A DNA stretch of 63,862 nucleotides, filler included, from Octopus bimaculoides (Eukaryota), in NCBI RefSeq assembly GCF_001194135.2. It is 5 parts of 5 records of this genome, joined end to end, with 100 filler letters (N's around TTAATTAATTAA, not from the genome) between each part and the next. Parts side by side here need not be neighbours in the genome. Positions count along the whole stretch, not along the records: positions 46,401 to 61,535 come from NC_068989.1; positions 61,636 to 63,862 come from NW_026305715.1; 3 more parts are not named here. One strand, written 5' to 3'. Under the pieces are notes generated by a model that was not told where the DNA came from, ran no database searches, and saw only the letters and a program-made list of their open reading frames with translations. The position numbers were made by a program, and so were the translations under genes. Positions within the stretch are counted from its first letter, which is position 1. Each line of letters starts with the position of its first letter. Positions 52,628 to 63,437 of this stretch are shown in pieces.

Positions 52628-52868
52628 TTACTTCAGTCATTTCAGTCATTTGACTGCGGCCATGCTGGAGCACCGCCTTTAGTCGAGCATATCGACCTCA
52701 GGACTTATTCTTTGCAAGCCTAGTACTTATTCTATCGGTTTATTTTGCTGAACCGCTAAGTTACGGGGACGTAAACAAACCAGCATCGGTTGTCAAGCGA
52801 TGTTGGGGGGACAAACACTGACATACTAACATACATACACACGCGCGCGCGCACGCACCCCCACACAA

Positions 52869-52915
<47 letters not shown>

Positions 52916-53073
52916 CGAAGGGCTTCTTTCAGTTTCCGTCTACCAAATCCACTCACAAGGCTTTGGTCGGTCCGAGGCTATAGTAAAAGACACTTGCCCA
53001 AAGTTCCACACAGTGGGACTGAACCTGGAACCATGTGGTTGGTAAGCAAGCTACTTACCACACATCCACGCTT
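52628..53073 (-). mobile_element. SINE family A, full length with internal CA/TA tract
   Basis: Reverse complement of the 60265 copy. Confidence 0.92.
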
Positions 53074-53249
53074 GTATTATGATCACGTTTTCAGATGCTA
53101 ACTTCTTTCCAACTCGTGTGTTGAAACAATTTTCTTTAAATATTTTCATGGTTTTATTAGACGTCATATATATCCCTTGAATGTTGTTCTATTTAATCAG
53201 ATATAAATATTTAAAAGCAAATGTTCCAGGTTAATAAAAATACATAACT

Positions 53250-53348
53250 CAGGCGTAGCTGTGTGGTAATATGCTTACTGCCCAGCCACATAGTTTCGGG
53301 TTCAGTCTTACTGCATGGAACCTTGGGCGAGTGTCTTCTACTATAGTC
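53250..53348 (+). mobile_element. SINE family A head fragment
   Basis: ggcgtagctgtgtggtaa...gggttcagtc...ccttgggcgagtgtcttctactatag. Confidence 0.75.
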
Positions 53349-54699
53349 TGCTTAGTTTCTCGTAACCCTCTTCACAAGGCAAGCTAATGGTGTTGCTGGT
53401 ATAGTTGCCGACAGTCCGAGCATGCAACAGTTTGTAAGAATTAATACAGCGTTGATAAATAAGAAATCTCCTAGGAATCAGATACTGTTGTTACTTGAAA
53501 ACCCTCGGCCCTAATTCAACAAAAGGCCGAAAAATTCGTCTTGTCCGTGGTGCTGACAATTTGTTACATGAGGATACAGAGCCGTGTTCCAGTAGCATCA
53601 TGCTGATGAAAAGCGAAAGGAAGCTGGATAGAAAGGCATATATCGTTGGCGGGAAAAAAGAAGTGAAAGAGTATGGTAAGAAATTTACCATTCCCATACA
53701 AAATTAGCCGGTCCAGACTCCACTTATGCGGGGAGTCTAACAACGATTTGGAGAAACTTATAATATTTGACGTGAGTCGAAAATTCTGGTACCCTGCACT
53801 ATTTGTTAGCGTAACATGAAGCATATCAATGTTCTCTTCTGTTTATAATATTTCAGACTCTTCCTTTGGAGAAAGACCTGGTTTCTATCAAAGATACAAA
53901 ATTCCGTCGTTGGAATATAGCTAACAAAATAATATTACATTTCTGACTTGAGGAAAGTCTTGTAAATATTTTCTGTTCCACTTACAGATTGTATCTGTAA
54001 TGTGCACATTGATTTAATCATGTATATATATATATATNNNNNNNNNNNNNNNNNNNNNNNNNNNNNNNNNNNNNNNNNNNNNNNNNNNNNNNNNNNNNNN
54101 NNNNNNNNNNNNNNNNNNNNNNNNNNNNNNNNNNNNNNNNNNNNNNNNNNNNNNNNNNNNNNNNNNNNNNNNNNNNNNNNNNNNNNNNNNNNNNNNNNNN
54201 NNNNNNNNNNNNNNNNNNNNNNNNNNNNNNNNNNNNNNNNNNNNNNNNNNNNNNNNNNNNNNNNNNNNNNNNNNNNNNNNNNNNNNNNNNNNNNNNNNNN
54301 NNNNNNNNNNNNNNNNNNNNNNNNNNNNNNNNNNNNNNNNNNNNNNNNNNNNNNNNNNNNNNNNNNNNNNNNNNNNNNNNNNNNNNNNNNNNNNNNNNNN
54401 NNNNNNNNNNNNNNNNNNNNNNNNNNNNNNNNNNNNNNNNNNNNNNNNNNNNNNNNNNNNNNNNNNNNNNNNNNNNNNNNNNNNNNNNNNNNNNNNNGGG
54501 GGGGGGGGCAGAAATCTGTAGTTATGCCAGTTTGTCTACAATATCAAGGTCAGCCAAAAGAATGTCTCTGTCCAGGGAAAGAGAGATGGCTGCAGAAAGG
54601 GCTACAAAAGTCAGAGCATCTCACTGTGAGGAACAGCGTGTGTGTGCGGGTGTGCCTGCGTGTGTGTATGTGTGTGTGTATCTTTGCATCGGTGTTTGT

Positions 54700-54905
54700 A
54701 GCCCACCGCCGCTTGACGATCGATGTGAGTGTGTTTACGTCCCCATAATTTAGCAGTTCGGTAAAAGAGACCGATAGAATAAAAACCAGGTTTTAGAAAA
54801 TATAAATACTGGGATCGATCCATTCGACTAACAATTCTTTAAGGCGATGCCCCAGCATGACCGCAGGCTAATGACTGAAACAACTGAAGGACAAAAGATA
54901 AAAGA
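54700..54905 (+). mobile_element. SINE family A, 3' half
   Basis: cgcttgacgatcgatg...tttacgtccccataatttagcagttcgg...gatgccccagcatgaccgcag. Confidence 0.8.
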
Positions 54906-55779
54906 TTATGCTAATACCAATACTAGTGTGCTCATTACGATTGCAACACGCAATCCACCAATTACTGTTATTCTTCAAAACTATCGAAGAATCCCAACAC
55001 AGCACCAAAAGTCATGTCTGCCTTATTACTCATATCAGATAGATTGCGAATAGTTGATCCTAGTAATACATTCTATGAAACAAACAAAATATCGATACGT
55101 GGTTCTTATTGTCGTTTTACAACATGGCCAGATGCTGCGACTCTTGCATCGGTGCTACTTTGCTATGCGATCCACACAGCCCACGTGATCTACAAGAGTC
55201 AAATTCTACTTTAGTATGCGATCATCATGTTTTATTTATTTATCATGGCTTAAATAAAATATTCTTAAATTTTTATACATTTATTAAAAAAAAAATTAAA
55301 CAAAGCAGATTTGAAACAAGTTTACTTGTGTTGTTGGTGTACCTTGCTGAGTCGGGACCGGAGCTTTGACACAACAACAGACATTCCACTTATGCTTCAT
55401 ACTCTTTAACCAGATATTCTATCGAAATCGATACAGATGTTTTTCTTGTTCTTGATAAGTATAACTCTTCTTGTTGTAGATCACAATATAAAGTGTAGAT
55501 CGCATACGCAAACAATTTCATGACACGTAGAACGCATACCAAAGTAGCACCCTTCTGACTTCATCAGAGACAGTTCCGTTTCACCAAGCTTTGACGTATA
55601 CGGTCTTCTTTTTTAGCACCATACATCTTTAAAGGTATATTTTCCAGAGGTAAAATCGCTTCTACATGCGTTTAACAACCAACATTTATTAAGCATGTGA
55701 TACTTTAATAACGTTTACTTAATTGAGCACCTTCTAACATAAAATTTGAATAAGTGTTTCTATTTTACTTCCCTCAGTC

Positions 55780-56235
55780 ATTAGAATGCGACCACGAAGA
55801 CTAATGACTCAATGAATCGACCAAAATACATATTCCTTTTTAATCATCGTACTTATTCTATCGGTCGTGTTGACGAACTGTTATGTGTGGCGATGTAAAC
55901 AACAAAACCGGTTGTCAAGCGATGGTGTAGGACAAACACACAGACACACACTCACTCTCCCCCCTCTCTCTCACACACACACACACGTAGTATATATAAA
56001 TAAATATATATATATATATGGGAGAATATACAAAAAATAACAACAGACGAGGACAGGTGGTGTAAATAACAAAAGTATATATTAGTATATATATATATAT
56101 ACTTCAGGCTTCTTTCAGTTTCCATCTACCAAATCAACACACAAGGCTTTAGTCGACCCATGATAGAAGACAAAAAAAAAAAAGCTACGCAATAGAACTG
56201 AACCTGCAATCAAGTGGTTGAGAAGCAAACATCTT
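55780..56235 (-). mobile_element. SINE family A, diverged, both halves separated by an expanded microsatellite
   Basis: 3' half at about 55780-55935, 5' half at about 56104-56235. Confidence 0.65.
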
Positions 56236-57008
56236 ATCACACACACACACANNNNNNNNNNNNNNNNNNNNNNNNNNNNNNNNNNNNNNNNNNNNNNNNN
56301 NNNNNNNNNNNNNNNNNNNNNNNNNNNNNNNNNNNNNNNNNNNNNNNNNNNNNNNNNNNNNNNNNNNNNNNNNNNNNNNNNNNNNNNNNNNNNNNNNNNN
56401 NNNNNNNNNNNNNNNNNNNNNNNNNNNNNNNNNNNNNNNNNNNNNNNNNNNNNNNNNNNNNNNNNNNNNNNNNNNNNNNNNNNNNNNNNNNNNNNNNNNN
56501 NNNNNNNNNNNNNNNNNNNNNNNNNNNNNNNNNNNNNNNNNNNNNNNNNNNNNNNNNNNNNNNNNNNNNNNNNNNNNNNNNNNNNNNNNNNNNNNNNNNN
56601 NNNNNNNNNNNNNNNNNNNNNNNNNNNNNNNNNNNNNNNNNNNNNNNNNNNNNNNNNNNNNNNNNNNNNNNNNNNNNNNNNNNNNNNNNNNNNNNNNNNN
56701 NNNNNNNNNNNNNNNNNNNNNNNNNNNNNNNNNNNNNNNNNNNNNNNNNNNNNNNNNNNNNNNNNNNNNNNNNNNNNNNNNNNNNNNNNNNNNNNNNNNN
56801 NNNNNNNNNNNNNNNNNNNNNNNNNNNNNNNNNNNNNNNNNNNNNNNNNNNNNNNNNNNNNNNNNNNNNNNNNNNNNNNNNNNNNNNNNNNNNNNNNNNN
56901 NNNNNNNNNNNNNNNNNNNNNNNNNNNNNNNNNNNNNNNNNNNNNNNNNNNNNNNNNNNNNNNNNNNNNNNNNNNNNNNNNNNNNNNNNNNNNNNNNNNN
57001 NNNNNNNN

Positions 57009-57066
<58 letters not shown>

Positions 57067-57187
57067 CCTCTCTCTCTTTATCCCTCTCTCTCTATCTGGC
57101 TGTCTATTATTTATTTATCTATCTATCTGTCTGTCTGTCTGTCTATACCTGAGCGCCTATGTATAATGTATATACGAATATATGTAC

Positions 57188-57220
<33 letters not shown>

Positions 57221-57249
57221 TGTATGTATGTACGCAAGTATACACATAA

Positions 57250-57470
57250 TGATCCTTTCTACTATAGGTACAAGGCCTGAAATTTTGGGGGAGGGGTAAG
57301 TCAATTACATCGATCCCAATACTCAACTGGTACTTAATTTATCGACCCCGAAAAGGGAGGATGATCAAAGTCGACCCGGCATAATTTGACCTCAGAACTA
57401 TGTTCTGAGGTCAAGACCGACGAAATGCCGCAAAGCATTTTGCCCGGTTTCATGACGGTTCTGCCATAGA
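57250..57470 (-). mobile_element. SINE family B copy with an internal inverted gaactatgttc segment
   Basis: tcctttctactataggtacaaggcctgaaattttggggg...tatcgaccccgaaa...ctcagaactatgttctgag. Confidence 0.8.
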
Positions 57471-57513
57471 TATAATTATACAAAAATACCTACATAATAC
57501 ATAGATACATGTA

Positions 57514-57604
<91 letters not shown>

Positions 57605-57606
<2 letters not shown>

Positions 57607-58190
57607 GGATTAAAAAATTCGGTCCAGAATCGAGAAAGCTAGTTCCACTTTTGGAAAGCTTTATCATAGGCTTTGGAACAGCCATGACGTACGGTTGAAG
57701 GTGAAGGTTGATGTAAATAAATCCGTGGTCTTGACAGCATTGCTTTAAGGTGCTAAATCTTGGACATTGTTCCGAAAACACATCAACCAGCTTGACGCTT
57801 TTCATATCCGATTCTTGCGCACTATCTCCAACATAAAATGGAGTGACCATATTCGTAACAGTGAGCTGCTAACAAAATGCAATTTTCAGGTATTGAAGCC
57901 ATCCTCATCAAAATATAGTTTAAATGGTTACATCATCTCTCACGTGGTTACATCATCTCTCAGAATTCCAAAGCAACTTCTCTTTGGCTAATTCCCAACA
58001 GGATGGTCAGTTGGAAGGCCACTCTGGCACTTCATAGACAAACTAAAAGACAATCAGAAACGATGCAACATACCTTTTTATTCCTGGGAAAATAAAGCAT
58101 CAGATTGTAGGACCTGGCGCCAGTTCTGCTTCTCATCAGTTCAAAGATTTGAACAAAATCGATTCCAACACCGGGACCAACTTCATGCAA
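57605..58190 (+). mobile_element. RTE (BovB-like) LINE 3' part
   Basis: [78 protein letters not shown]...RIPKQLLFG. Confidence 0.9.
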
Positions 58191-58549
58191 GCATGAAATT
58201 TAAATTTCAATGTTAAATACTCACGGTGGACAAACTTTCAAAATTGAATCGGATTTACAAGATTACCAACACCTATAATTATAAGATTATCAACACCTAT
58301 AATAACAAGATGAAATTCGCCGAGATCTTCTATACTTTTAAAAAATATACCAGTTTTTATATAAATAAATGCTCAATAATCGAAACTTCAACAAAGGAGA
58401 AAACGAACAAATTTTACATACTTCAGAAGGACTAACGTGAAAACTTATAAGAAGGACAGTATACATTATTATTTCTAATTTTTAGTATTTTTAATTTTAA
58501 TATTTCAAAAACTTTAATAATATATAGGTATATAAAGGGTTCTTAATGC

Positions 58550-58633
58550 ATCTCTGAAGAACGGAATTACTAACAATAAGATGATCTTGATCACTTTGCG
58601 ATTGTAGTAATATCCGTGAAACGATCGTAAGAT
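58550..58633 (+). ncRNA. Type I hammerhead ribozyme motif (PLE-type), GUA cleavage site after 58629
   Basis: Stem I atct/agat, core CTGAAGA, stem II acgga/tccgt with a long extension, GAAA, palindromic stem III ACGATCGT. Confidence 0.8.
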
Positions 58634-58917
58634 ATTTTATTCTTTTAACTTTAGGCTTCTTTATATTTTATATTTTATATTTTAGAATTTATAATATTCA
58701 TGCTTATTTACACATACATTTTTATACGCATATACATTTAAACATATATTTATCTATTTTTAGATTTTTATATGTATCGATATTTATATTCCGTATTTTT
58801 ATTTTTATGTTTTAAACTTTTAAATTTATGATGCTACCATGTTATGTTAGATATATATCTTTTGAAATACTAAATATTGATTTCCTAAATATATTATTGA
58901 TGAATTAATAATATAAA

Positions 58918-58958
<41 letters not shown>

Positions 58959-58988
58959 ATAAACAAGTGTAGGTGGCATACGAGTGGG

Positions 58989-59203
58989 TATATATTTATA
59001 AAAAAGAAGTTTGAAAACGGCAATATATAAAAAATGAATTTTAATTTAACATGTTTCAGTTCTTGTAAAAACGAACCTTATCAAAAATACATATTTAATA
59101 AAATGAAATTTTCATTTTATTAAATATGTATTTTTGATAAGGTTAAATTAAAATTCATTTTTTATATATTGGCCTTTTCAAACTTCTTTTTTATAAATAT
59201 ATA
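58989..59203. repeat. About 215-bp palindrome with a perfect 35+1+35 bp core
   Basis: 59074-59108 is the exact reverse complement of 59110-59144; outer arms match with two mismatches. Confidence 0.95.
59044..59088 (-). ncRNA. Minimal type I hammerhead-like motif with U3/A8 core (TTGATAA), GUU site
   Basis: Minus strand: attt-TTGATAA-ggttc(gtttttacaa)gaact-GAAA-catg-T-T-aaat. Confidence 0.55.
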
Positions 59204-59511
59204 TATATATGTGTGAGTGTGTGTGTGTTTATATGTATGTATAGATGTATATGTATGTATCGTAATATAAATTACATATTTTGTTAATAGTATTATGAGA
59301 TTTCTCTGCGTATTGCCTATAGAATATATTCTCATATTTGGACATATAAACTGTTAATGGCCATTTTTTCCGTTAGGGATTCATATGCCCTTACATTAGA
59401 TTATCTTTTATAGTCAATATATGGTGAAGGCTCATAATCCTATTTGCAAAGTTCCGCTCACCGTCGTTTCCTAATTAACGCTGAATTCGCAAATGTTTAT
59501 ACAGATAATCC

Positions 59512-59845
59512 ATTCTACTCTAGGCACAAGGCCTGTAATTTGGGGGAGGAGTAAGTCGATTACATTGACTCCAGTACTCAATTGGTACTTAATTTATCGA
59601 CCCCGAAAGGATAAAAGATAAAGTCGACTTCGGCGGAATTTGAACTCAGAACGTAAAGACCGACGAAATACCGTTAAGCATTTCGCCCGGTTTGCTAACG
59701 TTTCTGCCAGCTCACCACCTTGATAACAATAATAATAATAGTCTTTTTTTTTCTATTCTAGACAGAAGGCTTGAAATTTTGGGGGAGCCGACCAGTGGAT
59801 CAGATCGCCCAGCCTTCTCACGTTTCTGCCAACTCGCCGCCTTAA
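59512..59845 (-). mobile_element. SINE family B: full copy (59512-59722) plus internally deleted copy (59750-59845)
   Basis: Near-consensus family B sequence. Confidence 0.88.
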
Positions 59846-60264
59846 TGTTTATATAAATAATAAGATCTTTTCTGTTTGGTTTCATTTTCCAGTTCCTTTA
59901 ATCTTGTTCCAATTGATTTCACATTTCATGTATTGATGTCGCTTTATATGCTAATTATGGAACAGGAATTATCTTTGCCATAAATACGTAAATAAAAAGT
60001 TAATAGCTTTTAAATTTTGCAGTGTAATTTTAACCAATCGTAAGCTACAGACACAATGGTGCCTGTTTCTATAGTAACAAGCCAAACTGTCGTCTGCTTA
60101 AAACTACTATAGCCACTACGTGCCTATATTTTGAACTAACATTTTTTGAACTTTCGATACCGAAAATTTATTGTTCACATGAACTCAATTATTCCTAGAG
60201 TATAACGTACATTTTTTTTTGTAATTTATAATTTTTTTTAAAAAGAAAAAAAAAAGAATTTCAT

Positions 60265-60743
60265 ATAGGCGTAGGAGTGGCTGTGTGGTAAGTAGCTTGC
60301 TTACCAACTATATGGTTCCAGGTTCAGTCCCACTGCGTGGCGTCTTGGGCAAGTGTCTTCTACTATAGCCTCGAGCCGACCAAAGCCTTGTGAGTGGATT
60401 TGGTAGACGGAAACTGAAAGAAGCCCGTCGTATATATGTATATATATATATATATGTGTGTGTGTGTATGTGTTTGTCCCCCAACATCGCTTGACAACCG
60501 ATGCTAGTGTGTTTACGTCCCCGTAACTTAGCGGTTCGGCAAAAGAGACCGATAGAATAAGTACTAGGCTTCCAAAGAATAAGTTCTGGGGTCGATTTGC
60601 TCGACTAAAGGGNNNNNNNNNNCCAGGTTCAGTCCCACTGCGTGGCGTCTTGGGCAAGTGTCTTCTACTATAGCCTCGAGCCGACCAAAGCCTTGTGAGT
60701 GGATTTGGTAGACGGAAACTGAAAGAAGCCCGTCGTATATATG

Positions 60744-60774
<31 letters not shown>

Positions 60775-60970
60775 ATGTGTTTGTCCCCCAACATCGCTTG
60801 ACAACCGATGCTAGTGTGTTTACGTCCCCGTAACTTAGCGGTTCGGCAAAAGAGACCGATAGAATAAGTACTAGGCTTCCAAAGAATAAGTTCTGGGGTC
60901 GATTTGCTCGACTAAAGGGGGTGCTCCAGCATGGCCACAGTCAAAAGACTGAAACAAGTAAAAGAGTAAA
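60265..60970 (+). mobile_element. SINE family A, young full-length copy (body duplicated across a 10-N gap)
   Basis: ggcgtaggagtggctgtgtggtaag head, ggttcagtccc B-box, CORE-like cttgggcaagtgtctt, TA/TG tract, 3' half ending gactgaaacaagtaaaagag. Confidence 0.93.
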
Positions 60971-61034
60971 GGAGAGTACTGAAGATTTTTCCTTTTTAAA
61001 TTGTTTTAAACGTTTGTTTTGCATTCTTTTATTA

Positions 61035-61535
61035 GACAGAAAGAGAAATTGGTCTTTTTTGTTGCTGTCACAGTTTTTGAACTTTTAATATTGAGTGAAA
61101 TTTTTTAAATTTAATATAATGATTGAATTTTTCATGCTGAAACCGAATTTTGTCATTCACTTGTTCTAGAAAAATTTTAGAAAAATGCTCACTAAAAATA
61201 TGTTACTAATTGATTAGCCCTAGGTCATCCACTAATCGGATTAACCCTAAATCCCAACCTAAACCGTGATTCTAACCCTAAACCCCAACTTCAAGACGTG
61301 ACTCTAAACCCTAAATCTAGCTCTAAACTCAAATCCTAAAACAATTCTAACTGTAAACTCTAACCCGAAGCCCTGATACTTATTCTGAACCCTAACTCTA
61401 ACCCTAACCCTAACCCTAACCCTAACCCTAACCCTAACCCTAACCTTAATTCTAATACTAAACTCCTACTCTAAATCCTAGCACGAACACCAGTGTATCT
61501 CAAACACTCGTTTTTGAATTTTCGCTACTAATATA
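61035..61535. repeat. Repeat carrying degenerate and perfect (CCCTAA)n (perfect tract 61389-61446); left part related to 45870-45990
   Basis: Direct telomeric hexamers; the shared motif ttgttgctgtcacag...tttctagaaaaatttta recurs at 45875. Confidence 0.7.
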
Positions 61536-61639
61536 NNNNNNNNNNNNNNNNNNNNNNNNNNNNNNNNNNNNNNNNNNNNTTAATTAATTAANNNNNNNNN
61601 NNNNNNNNNNNNNNNNNNNNNNNNNNNNNNNNNNNAGAG

Positions 61640-61850
61640 AGAGAGAGAGAGAGAGAGAGAAGCCGATGTGGCTGAGCGATTAAGAATTACCTACGAAATT
61701 ATGAGGTGCAAGGATCGACCCTGAATCATGGCATCTTGAGCAGATGCGTTAGGACGTCCTAAGGCTCGTGAATGAAATTGTGAATGAAGGCGGAAACTGT
61801 GAGGAACCCTTCCAAATGTACTGTATCTATAATTGTAGGGGGCCAGCATT

Positions 61851-61891
<41 letters not shown>

Positions 61892-61965
61892 ACACACACG
61901 CATACACATTCTGTGCCATAATAATCCTGCTTAACTACGTTAAGGGAATACTCGGCCACTTGTAC
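61640..61965 (+). mobile_element. Old SINE with tRNA-like head and family C domain split by (CA)n
   Basis: gtggctgagcgattaag head; aactacgttaagggaatactcggccacttg matches family C. Confidence 0.5.
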
Positions 61966-62179
61966 TCCCACCTAATGCTTTGCTTCACTTTTGCTACCCG
62001 AAGCCTCCTCCTCTGATATGCAGCATTTGCTGACTGAGGGAATTTGATGTTGCTGCCTTCCTGTTTCCTACTGCAAGGTAGCTTTATCCGGAACTCATGA
62101 CAGAAGGAGATCCAGTTTTGTTTTGAAAACACCTACATCCACTCCATATAGGGACCCCTCTCTGTCCCTCTCCTTCTCC

Positions 62180-62240
<61 letters not shown>

Positions 62241-63158
62241 NNNNNNNNNNNNNNNNNNNNNNNNNNNNNNNNNNNNNNNNNNNNNNNNNNNNNNNNNNNN
62301 NNNNNNNNNNNNNNNNNNNNNNNNNNNNNNNNNNNNNNNNNNNNNNNNNNNNNNNNNNNNNNNNNNNNNNNNNNNNNNNNNNNNNNNNNNNNNNNNNNNN
62401 NNNNNNNNNNNNNNNNNNNNNNNNNNNNNNNNNNNNNNNNNNNNNNNNNNNNNNNNNNNNNNNNNNNNNNNNNNNNNNNNNNNNNNNNNNNNNNNNNNNN
62501 NNNNNNNNNNNNNNNNNNNNNNNNNNNNNNNNNNNNNNNNNNNNNNNNNNNNNNNNNNNNNNNNNNNNNNNNNNNNNNNNNNNNNNNNNNNNNNNNNNNN
62601 NNNNNNNNNNNNNNNNNNNNNNNNNNNNNNNNNNNNNNNNNNNNNNNNNNNNNNNNNNNNNNNNNNNNNNNNNNNNNNNNNNNNNNNNNNNNNNNNNNNN
62701 NNNNNNNNNNNNNNNNNNNNNNNNNNNNNNNNNNNNNNNNNNNNNNNNNNNNNNNNNNNNNNNNNNNNNNNNNNNNNNNNNNNNNNNNNNNNNNNNNNNN
62801 NNNNNNNNNNNNNNNNNNNNNNNNNNNNNNNNNNNNNNNNNNNNNNNNNNNNNNNNNNNNNNNNNNNNNNNNNNNNNNNNNNNNNNNNNNNNNNNNNNNN
62901 NNNNNNNNNNNNNNNNNNNNNNNNNNNNNNNNNNNNNNNNNNNNNNNNNNNNNNNNNNNNNNNNNNNNNNNNNNNNNNNNNNNNNNNNNNNNNNNNNNNN
63001 NNNNNNNNNNNNNNNNNNNNNNNNNNNNNNNNNNNNNNNNNNNNNNNNNNNNNNNNNNNNNNNNNNNNNNNNNNNNNNNNNNNNNNNNNNNNNNNNNNNN
63101 NNNNNNNNNNNNNNNNNNNNNNNNNNNNNNNNNNNNNNNNNNNNNNNNNNNNNNNNNN

Positions 63159-63385
63159 GTGCTTGTCCTCCACCACCATTGACAACCAGCGTTGATGTGT
63201 TTACGTCCCCGTAACTTAGCGGTTCAGCGAAAGGAAATGATAGTATAAGTATCAGGTCCAAAAGAAATAAACAAATAAATGAATAAATAAATAAATAAAG
63301 TAGTGAGATCGATTTATTCGACTAAAATTCTTCAGGCCGGTGGCCCGAGCATGGCATGGCCGCAATGTAATGAACGAAACAGGTA
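63159..63385 (+). mobile_element. SINE family A, 3' half
   Basis: ttgacaaccagcgttgatgtgtttacgtccccgtaacttagcggttc...gagcatggc. Confidence 0.85.
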
Positions 63386-63401
63386 AAAAAAAAAATCAAG
63401 G

Positions 63402-63437
<36 letters not shown>

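Noticed and set aside
53475-53707. ORF LKTLGPNSTKGRKIRLV...KEY with a gtaaga donor
   Set aside because: Weak acceptor, no phase-linked neighbours and no recognisable domain.
60318-60917. Apparent tandem duplication of the SINE A body
   Set aside because: Identical copies on either side of a 10-N gap; assembly overlap artefact.
890-63261. Long ORFs made of X runs or of YI/CV/HT/LS/poly-I/poly-N repeats
   Set aside because: They arise from N-gaps and microsatellites.
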